DNA of 64,000 bases from Wenzhouxiangella sp. (lineage in GTDB: Bacteria; Pseudomonadota; Gammaproteobacteria; Xanthomonadales; Wenzhouxiangellaceae). The notes under the pieces are model-generated. The model saw only the letters and a program-made list of their open reading frames with translations, was not told where the DNA came from and made no database searches. The stretch is taken from NCBI GenBank assembly GCA_007118895.1, contig SKQS01000016.1, positions 8,538 to 72,537 on the forward strand. Direction: 5' to 3'. A program made the translations under genes and the position numbers. This document shows positions 19,346 through 28,236 of the stretch, piece after piece (the stretch's first letter is position 1; each line of letters starts with the position of its first letter).

Positions 19346-21568
19346 TCACTGGATCAATTGTCCGACAATGTCCGTGATGGTTTGTTCGTCGGGCAAAACC
19401 AGGCCAGCAGCATCGCCCAGGGGAATATAGCAATCGGCGCCGGTGAGGCGACGGATCGGTCGATCGGCCAGTCCCGACTCGACCAGCGCGCTGACGATGC
19501 CCTCACCCACCCCGCCGTCGGGACGGCCCTCATCCAGCACCAGCACCGCGCGGCACTGGGCGGCCTGTTCGGCAATCGCGTCGACATTGAGCGGTTTGAT
19601 CCAGCGCAGATCCATGACCCGAACCTGCCCGTCGGCTGCCGAACGCGCCGCGCGCAGCGCCATCGGCACACCGTTGCCGTAGCTGATGATCAGCAGGCCA
19701 TCGGCTTCGGGATGATAGATGCGCGGCTCTCCGGGCGCGATGTACTCCTCACCGGACGGATAAGGGAAGCTCCACTGTCCGTCGCCTGGCTGATACAGGT
19801 CCTTGGTCATGTACAGCGCGATCGTTTCAAGAAAGGCGCATACCCGGCCATCGACCCTTGCCATGGCGCATAGCGTTCGTAGCAGGCCGACGGCGTCGTC
19901 ACCACGCGACGGGCAGGCGATCACCAGACCCGGTATATCGCGCAACGCGGCAATGGAGTTATCGTTGTGGAAATGGCCGCCGAAACCCTTCTGGTAGCCC
20001 AGGCTGGCAATTCTGATCACCATCGGGTTGCGGAACTGGTCGTTGGAGAAGAACTGCAGCGAGCAGGCCTCGCCACGAACCTGGTCGCAGGCATTGTGGA
20101 AATAGGCCAGATACTGGATCTCCGGCAGCGGCAGGAAACCCAGATTGGCATAGCCCTGGGCCAGGCCGAGAATGGTGGTCTCATCGAGCAGGGTATTGAA
20201 CACCCGGTTGCGACCGAACTGCTGCCACAGGCCACGGGTGACGGTGTACACACCGCCCTTGCGCGCCACGTCCTCGCCAAATACCAGCGCCTGCGGATAC
20301 TTGAGCATCAGATCGGCCAGCGCTCGGTTGATCTGTATGGCCATGTGCCGCGGCGGGGCACGCTCCGGCAGGCTCCGAGCTCCGCCAAAGCACTCAAGGC
20401 GCCGCTCCTTATCGACCGATCGGACAGCCTCTTCCCTGACCCGCTTGGGCGAGGCGGGCGCCAGCGGTCCCATCACCGCCTCGCGAGTGGTCAGCCTGGC
20501 GCGACCATCGGCCCAGTCGGCACGCTCCAGGCAGCGCTCCCTCAGCGCCAGGTAACGATCACGGATTTCAGCGGCCGACATCAACCCGGAAGCGATGACC
20601 AGGCGGGCGCTGACCAGCAGTGGATCGCGCGATTCATCGGCGCTCAGCGCGCCGGGGTCGCGATACTCGATCTCGAAATCAGTGCCTGCGTGACCCATCA
20701 GCCTGGTCACATTGAGGTGCAGGAAAACCGGCTGGCGACGGCTGCGGCAGCGCTCGATAGCACTGCTGACAACCGAATAACCCGCAGCCAGGTCCAACCC
20801 ATCGGCATAGACATACTCCAGCCCCGGACGGCAACTCATGCTGGCCTGGATCCAGTTCGACGGCGTGGGCACGGAAATTCCCAGACCGTTGTCCTCGCAG
20901 ACGAACAGAATCGGCAGCGGCAGGTTCTGATAGCGGGTCCAGGCCGCGCTGTTGAACGCGGTCTGTGCCGTGGCGTGGTTGACGCTGGCATCGCCAAAGC
21001 TGCAAACCACGATACTGTCTCCGGGAATGGGCAGGTCCAGCCCCTGGCGGCGGGCATGATCGACAGCCAGCGCGGTGCCCACCGCCTTGGGCAGATGGCT
21101 GGCAATGGTCGAAGTCTGCGGCAAAACCCACAGATCCCGGTTGCCCCAGACCTTGTGCCGGCCGCCGGAGGCGACATCGTCACGACTGGCGGCAAACGAC
21201 AGGCAGGTATCGTCGATGAAATCGCGCTCTGGCAGGTAGCGATAGCGCTCGGCCATGAAGGCGCCGGAGCGATAGTGCAGAAAGGCCGGGTCGGTCGGCC
21301 GGGTCAGTCGACCGATCAGCGCATTGCCTTCATGACCGGAAGAACCGATGGTGTAGAAGACCTTGTTTTCCTGGCGCTTGACCCGCGCCATCAGGTCGAG
21401 CTGGCGCGAGGTCATCTGACTGTCGAACAGCTCGAGCAGATCGCGCTCGGGAACCGGTCGGTGCGCCAGCGCCTTCGGTGGATCACGCTCCAGCGCATCC
21501 AGCCAGTCCATAAAGCGTCGGTCAACGACCTCGGCGCGATTGAGTTGTCGAGCAGCAGAAGTGGACAT
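19346..21568 (-). CDS. Thiamine-diphosphate-dependent 2-oxoacid dehydrogenase E1 component, fused alpha+beta subunits (no E2 or E3 nearby)
   Basis: About 740 aa. The N-terminal half is E1-alpha-like (SSGHEG, CSFGDASVNHATAQTAFNSA, FVCEDNGLGISVPT). The C-terminal half is E1-beta/transketolase-Pyr-like (VFGEDVARKGGVYTVTRGL, FNTLLDETTILGLAQG). The track start is TTG 21571; ATG 21568 is the next codon. Confidence 0.8.
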   Translation of the reverse strand: MSTSAARQLNRAEVVDRRFMDWLDALERDPPKALAHRPVPERDLLELFDSQMTSRQLDLMARVKRQENKVFYTIGSSGHEGNALIGRLTRPTDPAFLHYRSGAFMAERYRYLPERDFIDDTCLSFAASRDDVASGGRHKVWGNRDLWVLPQTSTIASHLPKAVGTALAVDHARRQGLDLPIPGDSIVVCSFGDASVNHATAQTAFNSAAWTRYQNLPLPILFVCEDNGLGISVPTPSNWIQASMSCRPGLEYVYADGLDLAAGYSVVSSAIERCRSRRQPVFLHLNVTRLMGHAGTDFEIEYRDPGALSADESRDPLLVSARLVIASGLMSAAEIRDRYLALRERCLERADWADGRARLTTREAVMGPLAPASPKRVREEAVRSVDKERRLECFGGARSLPERAPPRHMAIQINRALADLMLKYPQALVFGEDVARKGGVYTVTRGLWQQFGRNRVFNTLLDETTILGLAQGYANLGFLPLPEIQYLAYFHNACDQVRGEACSLQFFSNDQFRNPMVIRIASLGYQKGFGGHFHNDNSIAALRDIPGLVIACPSRGDDAVGLLRTLCAMARVDGRVCAFLETIALYMTKDLYQPGDGQWSFPYPSGEEYIAPGEPRIYHPEADGLLIISYGNGVPMALRAARSAADGQVRVMDLRWIKPLNVDAIAEQAAQCRAVLVLDEGRPDGGVGEGIVSALVESGLADRPIRRLTGADCYIPLGDAAGLVLPDEQTITDIVGQLIQ

Positions 21569-21611
21569 CAAATGGGCGGCCAGCCAGGCACCGGCTGTCT
21601 TTCAATCGTTA

Positions 21612-22775
21612 CTAAAACGCGTTGTGACCGGTCAGCTCACGCCCGACGACCAGCTGATGAATGGTCTCGGTGCCCTCGTAGGTGATCACCGATTCCAGGT
21701 TGAGCATGTGCCTGATGGCGACATACTCCAGAGTGATGCCGGAGCCACCAAGCAGGTCGCGACAGTCGCGGGCGATGTCCAGCGCCAGTCGCACGTTGTT
21801 CCACTTGGCCATGGAGATCTGGGCCGGCTTGATCCGGCCTGAATCCTTGAGTCGACCAAGCTGCAGGGCCAGCAGCTGACCGGAGGCAAGCCGGCGTGCC
21901 ATGTCGGCCAGCCGCACCTGCACCGCCTGGTTGGCCGACAGCGGCCGCTTGAACAACACCCGGTCGGCAGTGTAGTCGAGTACTTCCTTCAAACAGGCCA
22001 CGGCTGCGCCCAGCGGTCCCCAGCAGATGCCGAATCGCGCCTGGCTCAGGCATGACAGAGGGCCCTTGAGTCCACTGACCCCGGGCAGGCGGTTGGCTTC
22101 CGGCACCCGTACATTGTCGAAGTACAGCTCCGAGGTGATCGAGGCACGCAATGACATCTTGTGATGGACATCCCGCGCCTCGTAACCGGGAAAATCCTTC
22201 TCGACGATGAAACCCTGGATGCCGTCATCGGTACGCGCCCAGACGATGGCGATATCGGCAATGGTGCCGTTGGTAATCCACATCTTGGCGCCGTTGAGGA
22301 TCCAGTCATCGCCATCGCGCCGCGCATGGGTCTTCATGTTGGCCGGGTCCGATCCGCCATGCGGCTCGGTCAGACCAAAACAGCCGATCACCTCGCCGCG
22401 GGCCATCGCCGGCAGCCAGCGCTCTCGCTGCGCTTCAGAACCAAAGGCATGGATCGGATACATGCACAGTGAAGACTGAACTGAAACGAAGCTGCGCAGG
22501 CCGGAGTCGCCGCGCTCCAGCTCCTGGCAGATCAGCCCGTAACTGACGGCATTCAGACCGGCGCAGCCATAGCCCTCCAGGCTGGACCCCAAAAGACCCA
22601 GCTCGGCGATCTCCGGAATGAGCTCGGCCGGAAACCGGCCCTGATCGAAGCACTCTGCAATCAGCGGCAGGGCCCTGTCATCGACAAAGCGGCCCACGCT
22701 GTCTCGGATCATTCGCTCCTCGTCGTCGAGCAGGCTGTCGATATCGAAGAAGTCCAGGGAATTGACTGCGCTCAT
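21612..22775 (-). CDS. gcdH: Glutaryl-CoA dehydrogenase (acyl-CoA dehydrogenase family)
   Basis: 387 aa. The N-terminus LDFFDIDSLLDDEERMIRDSVGRFV, then GCFGLTEPHGGSDPANMKT, WITNG, and the C-terminal YEGTETIHQLVVGRELTG are characteristic of GCDH-type ACADs. Confidence 0.85.
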   Translation of the reverse strand: MSAVNSLDFFDIDSLLDDEERMIRDSVGRFVDDRALPLIAECFDQGRFPAELIPEIAELGLLGSSLEGYGCAGLNAVSYGLICQELERGDSGLRSFVSVQSSLCMYPIHAFGSEAQRERWLPAMARGEVIGCFGLTEPHGGSDPANMKTHARRDGDDWILNGAKMWITNGTIADIAIVWARTDDGIQGFIVEKDFPGYEARDVHHKMSLRASITSELYFDNVRVPEANRLPGVSGLKGPLSCLSQARFGICWGPLGAAVACLKEVLDYTADRVLFKRPLSANQAVQVRLADMARRLASGQLLALQLGRLKDSGRIKPAQISMAKWNNVRLALDIARDCRDLLGGSGITLEYVAIRHMLNLESVITYEGTETIHQLVVGRELTGHNAF

Positions 22776-22880
22776 GGTGATATACGGTACTGGCGGTAAT
22801 GGTGTATTTTACCCTTTCGCCTCCGCATCAGTGTGCACGACCTGGGCGAACTGACCGGCTCTTCCACCGCGGCTTCACTG

Positions 22881-22897
22881 GCCGCTATAATAGCGGC
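22881..22897 (+). promoter_or_regulatory. Perfect 17-bp palindrome GCCGCTATAATAGCGGC containing a consensus TATAAT; candidate promoter/operator for the cytochrome c pair
   Basis: Read directly at 22881..22897. TATAAT is at 22886..22891, 36 nt upstream of ATG 22927, in the 151-nt divergent gcdH/cytochrome c intergenic region. Confidence 0.35.
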
Positions 22898-22926
22898 TCG
22901 AAGACAACCACCCTGACGCCTCACCC

Positions 22927-23250
22927 ATGCTGACGAGACTCTTGCTGATTGCCGTTATGGCCGGCCTGGCACAACCCGTACTGGCCGAAGGCGACCCTGA
23001 TCGCGGCCGCGTGATCGCCTTCACCTGCATGGGGTGCCACGGCATTCCTTACTATCAGAACGTGTATCCGACCTACACCGTGCCGAAAATCGGTGGACAG
23101 ACCCACGGCTACATTGTCTCCTCGCTGAAGGCCTACCGCTCTGGCGAGCGACGCCACCCCACGATGCAGGCCCAGGCCAACACACTATCGGATCAGGACA
23201 TTCAGGATGTTGCCGCCTACTTCGTCAGCCTGACAGAGGAACGCTCATGA
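22927..23250 (+). CDS. Monohaem class I c-type cytochrome (cytochrome c4 half-domain-like)
   Basis: 107 aa with a signal peptide and a single CMGCHG haem site. The downstream motif GGQ..YIVSSLKAYRSGER.HP.M...LSDQDIQDVAAYF is typical of c4/c5 domains. Confidence 0.85.
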   Translation: MLTRLLLIAVMAGLAQPVLAEGDPDRGRVIAFTCMGCHGIPYYQNVYPTYTVPKIGGQTHGYIVSSLKAYRSGERRHPTMQAQANTLSDQDIQDVAAYFVSLTEERS

Positions 23251-23582
23251 CCCGCCTTGCCCTGCTTGTTGTCGCCGTATTTATCGCCGGTGTCGCCAAC
23301 ACCAGTCAGGCCGGCAATCCGCAGCGCGGACTGGAAATTTCCGAAGTATGCCAGGCTTGCCACGGGCGCTACGGCGACATGGCCATTGATGACGAAACCC
23401 CGATACTGGCCGGCCAGCACCAGGATTACCTTGTGCATGCGCTCAAGGCCTATCGCGACGGCAGTCGGCAGAACGCGATCATGCAGGGCTTTGCCCAGGG
23501 TCTGAGCGACCGCGATATCCGCGACCTGGCTGCCTGGTACTCACGCCAGGAAGGGCTGGTCGATCTGAGCACGCGACGCTAA
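23247..23582 (+). CDS. Monohaem class I c-type cytochrome (second c4-like half-domain)
   Basis: ATG 23247 overlaps the upstream stop (ATGA). It has its own signal peptide (MTRLALLVVAVFIAGVANTSQA), a CQACHG haem site, and AGQHQDYLVHALKAYRDGSRQNAIM...LSDRDIRDLAAWY. The longer track ORF from 23034 is an artefactual extension. Confidence 0.85.
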   Translation: MTRLALLVVAVFIAGVANTSQAGNPQRGLEISEVCQACHGRYGDMAIDDETPILAGQHQDYLVHALKAYRDGSRQNAIMQGFAQGLSDRDIRDLAAWYSRQEGLVDLSTRR

Positions 23583-23608
23583 CCCGCCAATAATCCGGGG
23601 CGGTGCGC

Positions 23609-24199
23609 TCAGTAGTAGGGATTCTCGCCACTGGCGTGATCGGTAGCATCTATGACCCGGGCAATCTCCGGCACCTCCTGGCGCAGGGTGGTTTCAATCC
23701 CCTGCTTCAGCGTCACATCGACCATGCCGCAGCCGTGACAGCCTCCGCCAAATTGCAGCACCACGTCGTTTGAATCGGTGATCTCGACCAGTCCTACGCG
23801 ACCGCCGTGGGCGGCCACCATGGGGTTGATCCGCGATTCCAGCACCCAGGCAACGCGTTCGGTCAGCGGCGCGTTTTCGTCCGGCGCATGGCCTTTGAGG
23901 CCCGGCGCCCGAATCGACAGCTGGCCACCCATCTGATCGGTCTCGAAATCAATCATTGCCCCGCGCAGACTATCAGCGCTGGCGCGATCGACGAACAGGG
24001 TGAAGGGACCGCAGTCAACCGACTCGTCATCCACCGCCTGATGCCCGTCCGGGCAGTAGCTCAGCTCGACATCGGCCGCCGGCGAGCCGGGATTGATGGT
24101 GACCAGTCGCAGGTTGGTGCGGTCAGGCTGCTGGCCCAGCAGGCGCTGGAAATAGTCTCGAGCAGCGGGGGTTACGGTCAGCATGGCGGGCAAATTCAC
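23609..24199 (-). CDS. nfuA: Fe-S cluster biogenesis protein NfuA
   Basis: It has an N-terminal degenerate A-type domain (LRLVTINPGSPAADVELSYCP) and a C-terminal Nfu domain with the CHGC motif (LQFGGGCHGCGMVDVTLK). The true start may be the second Met at 24184 (MLTVTPAARDYF). Confidence 0.92.
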   Translation of the reverse strand: MNLPAMLTVTPAARDYFQRLLGQQPDRTNLRLVTINPGSPAADVELSYCPDGHQAVDDESVDCGPFTLFVDRASADSLRGAMIDFETDQMGGQLSIRAPGLKGHAPDENAPLTERVAWVLESRINPMVAAHGGRVGLVEITDSNDVVLQFGGGCHGCGMVDVTLKQGIETTLRQEVPEIARVIDATDHASGENPYY

Positions 24200-24230
24200 G
24201 GCAAAGTCCAGCTATGACTATGCCGACGAA

Positions 24231-25262
24231 TCAGTCCAGTTTCAAGCACTCGGCCAGCCAGGGCAGCGAATGATCGAAACGCCAGTCGATGCCCGAATGG
24301 GTGCCATCAAACTCCTCGAAGTGATGACGGATGCCGGCGCTGCCCAGTTTACGGTGCAGCTGCCGGGTGCCGTAATGGAGGAAATACTGGTCGCGATTGC
24401 CGACATCGATCCACAACCCGGCCAGGCTGCCCAGTGCCTCCGCCTGCGCGCCGTGGATACGGCAGACCGGGTCGAAACCCAGCCAGCGTCGCCAGATCTC
24501 CTCATCAAGTTGACAGGTCTCGAGCTCGAACGGCAGCGCCAGTCCAAGTGAACACTCCGGGTCCGGCGAGTAGCTGGCTGCCAGGCAAAGCGTCATCATG
24601 GCATGGAACCCACGATAATCGGCCTTGTTGGCACGCCAGAAAGCCTGGATGAAGCTGCTTACGTCACCATCGTAACGGGCCAGCACATCACAACAGACCG
24701 GGAAGTCACGCAGGTAGACGCGATCGAATCCGCAGTCACCGGCATGGCTGGCGACTGCCGACCAGACGCCGGGGCGGGTCATCGCCAGATGCAGTGCACC
24801 AAAACCACCGGATGACTTGCCGAAGACGGCGCGTGCCGCTGGATCGGCAATGGTCCGAAACTCCTGATCGATGGCCGGCACCAGCTCGTCGCAGAGAAAG
24901 CTCGCATACTGCCCCATGGCCGGACTGTCGACGTACTGGTTGCCACCCAGTGAAGTGTAACAATCGGGAAAAACGGCGATCACCGGGGGCAGTTGTCCGG
25001 CAGCGATCATCCGGTCCAGGCGTGCTGGCAGGTTTTCGCCATGATTGCGCCAGGCGACCTGCCCCGGGCCGGCATTGGTATAGGCCGCCAGGCACCAAAG
25101 CACCGGATAGTGTTGTTCGCTTTCATCGTAGCCGGGCGGCAGATAAACCGGATGGGCGCGTCGGGAAGGATCACCCAGCGCGTTGTTCTCGAGAAGGACC
25201 GACGAGTGGCGGAAATCGACCAGCCGGCCGCGTTCATCAGGCCCCTGGGGTCTCAGGTTCAT
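24231..25262 (-). CDS. Esterase-family alpha/beta hydrolase (esterase D / enterochelin-esterase-like)
   Basis: About 343 aa. PVLWCLAAY..., the GKSSGGFGA nucleophile elbow, and a late H are typical of the 'putative esterase' fold. ATG 25262 follows the GTG at 25265 used by the track. Confidence 0.7.
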   Translation of the reverse strand: MNLRPQGPDERGRLVDFRHSSVLLENNALGDPSRRAHPVYLPPGYDESEQHYPVLWCLAAYTNAGPGQVAWRNHGENLPARLDRMIAAGQLPPVIAVFPDCYTSLGGNQYVDSPAMGQYASFLCDELVPAIDQEFRTIADPAARAVFGKSSGGFGALHLAMTRPGVWSAVASHAGDCGFDRVYLRDFPVCCDVLARYDGDVSSFIQAFWRANKADYRGFHAMMTLCLAASYSPDPECSLGLALPFELETCQLDEEIWRRWLGFDPVCRIHGAQAEALGSLAGLWIDVGNRDQYFLHYGTRQLHRKLGSAGIRHHFEEFDGTHSGIDWRFDHSLPWLAECLKLD

Positions 25263-25294
25263 CACCAGCTACTTTTGCCAGTCAGATAGCGTCA

Positions 25295-27190
25295 TCAGCC
25301 CAGATGGGAAACATCGGCGGTCGGGCGCCTGGGGGTGCGGCTGGTGCGACCCATTTCCGGCACCAGCGTCATCAGCAGCTCGCGCAGGGCCGCGGTGTCA
25401 TAGCAGCGCACGGCCGCCTCGCCATCCCTCAGGCGGTCACCGATCCAGGCCATTTCTCCGGCACTGTTGCTGGCCTGGAGAATCTTTTCGTGCGCGGTCT
25501 TGGTGTAGTTCTCATGTTCGTGAAACAGTTCCTCGAACAGTTTCTCGCCCGGGCGCAGACCAGTGTAGATGATCTCGATATCGCGGCCAGGCTCCTTGCC
25601 GGCAAGACGAATCAACTGCTCGGCCAGGTAGCTGATCCTGACCGGCTCACCCATGTCCAGCACGAACACCTCGCCGCCCTGACCCAGCACGCCCGCCTGC
25701 AGGATGAGCTGGCCGGCCTCGGCGATGGTCATGAAGTAGCGTGAGATTTCCGGGTGGGTGACGGTGATCGGACCGCCGCGACGAATCTGCTCGTTGAACA
25801 GCGGCACCACCGACCCGGTGGAGTTGAGTACGTTGCCGAAGCGCACCGTGATGAAAGAGGTTTCCGATTGGCGATTGAGCTGCTGGCAATAAAGCTCGGC
25901 AACCCGCTTGGTAGCGCCCATGATGTTGCTGGGGTTGACCGCCTTGTCGGTAGAAATGAGAACAAAGGTTTCGACACCATGCCGGCTGGCCGCATCGGCA
26001 ACCCGACGCGTGCCCAGAATGTTGTTGCGGAATGCCTCGCGGATCTGGTTCTGCAGCATTGGCAGATGCTTGTAGGCGGCCGCATGGAAGATCACGTGTG
26101 GCTTGACCCGGTCGATCACGTTCTCCACGGTGGCCGAATCACAGACATCGCCGAGCACGGTTTCCATGACCAGGTCGCGAAAATCACCGCGCAGGCGATA
26201 GTCAACCCGGTACAGGTTGTATTCGCTGTTGTCCAGCACCACCAGACAGGACGGATCTAGGCGGGCAATCTGCCGACACAGCTCAGCGCCAATCGACCCG
26301 CCACCCCCGGTCACCAGCACCCGTTTGCCGGTCAGGCCGGCACGGATCGCTTCCCAGTCCAGTGAAACCGGCTCACGCCCAAGCAGGTCGTCGATCGCTA
26401 CCGGCTTGAGATCGTCGACACGGGTGATCGTCGCGCCCAGCTCCTTGAGCGTGGGCAAGGTCTTGAACTCGACCTCGGCACGCTCACATATTTCAACCAC
26501 CCGCTGCATCTGGTGGTTGTTGGCAGAGGGTATGGCAATGATGGCCAGGTCCAGGGCCGCTTCACGAGCGATGCGCGGCAGGCGGTCGATAGCGCCAAGC
26601 ACCGGCACGCCGGATATCTCGGTGTTTTTTAAAGCGGGGTTGTCGTCAAGAAAGCCGACGATCTCGTAACTGCCGCGCCGCCTGAGCTCCGGCAACAGCA
26701 GTCGACCGGAGCGCCCGGCACCAAGTACGATGGTGCGCTGGGAGGTCCGTCTGCGGTGAACTTCCAGGCGCATGTCCTTTAGCGTGCGGTAGGCCAGGCG
26801 CGGCAGGCCCAGCAGGCCCAGCAACAGCAGCGGAAACGTCCACACCATGATGACGATCAGTTCCACCGGAGCCTCCAGCACCAGCAAAACGGCTGCTCCG
26901 GCCACCGCGCCCATCAGCGCCGCTCTCAGCAGATTGCCCAGGTCCGGCAGGCTGGCAAAACGCCACACGCCGCGATAAAGCCCGGCGCGCCACTGCAGGA
27001 ACCCCTGAGCCATCAGTACCAGATTGATTTCGAGCAGAACCTGCTTCAGCCCCAGGCTGGCCGGGCCCAGCAGCAGCGCCGCAATGTAGCGGGCAGCCAG
27101 CCAGGCAGCCGCAACCATCAGCAGATCGAAGACAATGACCAGGACCCTGAGATTGATTCTTTTCGCTTGGCTTGCAACGCGAAAGTTCAT
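25295..27190 (-). CDS. Membrane-anchored nucleotide-sugar 4,6-dehydratase/epimerase (CapD / WbpM / PglF family)
   Basis: The start at ATG 27190 (MNFRVASQAKRINLRV...) overlaps the upstream TAA by 1 nt (TAATG). It has N-terminal TM helices, then Rossmann motifs VLVTGGGGSIGAEL and FHAAAYKHLPM, and STDKAVNPSNIMGATKR. The track start 27283 overlaps the GT4 gene and is rejected. Confidence 0.88.
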   Translation of the reverse strand: MNFRVASQAKRINLRVLVIVFDLLMVAAAWLAARYIAALLLGPASLGLKQVLLEINLVLMAQGFLQWRAGLYRGVWRFASLPDLGNLLRAALMGAVAGAAVLLVLEAPVELIVIMVWTFPLLLLGLLGLPRLAYRTLKDMRLEVHRRRTSQRTIVLGAGRSGRLLLPELRRRGSYEIVGFLDDNPALKNTEISGVPVLGAIDRLPRIAREAALDLAIIAIPSANNHQMQRVVEICERAEVEFKTLPTLKELGATITRVDDLKPVAIDDLLGREPVSLDWEAIRAGLTGKRVLVTGGGGSIGAELCRQIARLDPSCLVVLDNSEYNLYRVDYRLRGDFRDLVMETVLGDVCDSATVENVIDRVKPHVIFHAAAYKHLPMLQNQIREAFRNNILGTRRVADAASRHGVETFVLISTDKAVNPSNIMGATKRVAELYCQQLNRQSETSFITVRFGNVLNSTGSVVPLFNEQIRRGGPITVTHPEISRYFMTIAEAGQLILQAGVLGQGGEVFVLDMGEPVRISYLAEQLIRLAGKEPGRDIEIIYTGLRPGEKLFEELFHEHENYTKTAHEKILQASNSAGEMAWIGDRLRDGEAAVRCYDTAALRELLMTLVPEMGRTSRTPRRPTADVSHLG

Positions 27191-28236
27191 TATTTGTTGT
27201 TCTCCGTTCCTACCCATGCCTGGACGATGAACCAGCCCGCCAGAAGCAACAGAATCAGGCCGGAAACCAGTCGCAGCTCCCAATCAGGTCGCCAGTGCGC
27301 AGCCGCCACGGTCGGCAACACCAATCCCAGGTTGATCGTCATGTAGGCCCCAAGCACCTTTCCATGACCAACCCCCCTGATGATCAAACGCTGATACACG
27401 TGCTGCCGGTGCGGAGTATACCATCGTTGACCGGAAACGGCCCGGTAGACCAGGGTGGCCGTTGCATCGACCACGAAAACACTGGTCACCATCAGGCTGA
27501 TCCAGATGCTCGGACCGGTGCCCGCTGCACCCGCCAGCGCCAGCGCCGCGACCCCACCGCCGATCAGCAACGAGCCGCTGTCACCCATGAAAATCCTTGC
27601 CGGTGGGCGGTTCCAGACCAGGAAACCCAGGCAGGCGCCCGCCAGGCCGAAGCCGAACAGGCCCCAGGCCTGATTGCCGGCATCAAGCAGCAGGTAGCCG
27701 AGCACCAAGCCGACGAAAACAACCTGGGCAGCCGCCAGGCCATCGGAACCATCCATGAAATTGTGCAGATTGATCAGCCAGAGCGCTGCCATGACGGCAA
27801 GCGGCTTGATCAGCCACACCGTGTCCAGCTCGTAGCGACCAAGCCTCAGCGCCGTGAGATCACCAAACCACCAGACCAACCCGATCACGATGAGCAGCTG
27901 GCCGACCAGGCGAGCACGCACGCCAAGCCCAAACACATCGTCGATCCAGCCCAGCCCGGCCAGAGTCAAAACCAGCAGCGCCATGGTGACGGCTGAAGAT
28001 ATCTGCAGCGGCGCCAGCAGCACAAAAACCAGCAGCGCGGCTGCCATCGCCAGTCCGCCACCGCGTGGCGTAAGGACCTGGTGGGAGCGCCTTGGTCCGG
28101 GATGGTCGGCAATACCCTGATTGAGCAGATGACGGCGCAGCCAGGGAGTCAGAGACCAGCTGACAAGCAGCGCCGCGAAAATTGCCAGCCAGGAGCTCGG
28201 TTCGGCAATCATCTCGGCAATCATCTCGGCAATCAT
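27190..28236 (-). CDS. Glycosyltransferase family 4 polyprenyl-phosphate HexNAc-1-phosphate transferase (WbpL/WecA/MraY-like)
   Basis: A polytopic membrane protein with the family motifs NLHNFMDGSDGLA and FMGDSGSLLIG. The track start 28317 would overlap lapB by 61 nt. Three in-frame ATGs (28236, 28224, 28212) lie in a 12-bp tandem repeat just after the lapB stop, so the exact start is uncertain. Confidence 0.85.
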   Translation of the reverse strand: MIAEMIAEMIAEPSSWLAIFAALLVSWSLTPWLRRHLLNQGIADHPGPRRSHQVLTPRGGGLAMAAALLVFVLLAPLQISSAVTMALLVLTLAGLGWIDDVFGLGVRARLVGQLLIVIGLVWWFGDLTALRLGRYELDTVWLIKPLAVMAALWLINLHNFMDGSDGLAAAQVVFVGLVLGYLLLDAGNQAWGLFGFGLAGACLGFLVWNRPPARIFMGDSGSLLIGGGVAALALAGAAGTGPSIWISLMVTSVFVVDATATLVYRAVSGQRWYTPHRQHVYQRLIIRGVGHGKVLGAYMTINLGLVLPTVAAAHWRPDWELRLVSGLILLLLAGWFIVQAWVGTENNK

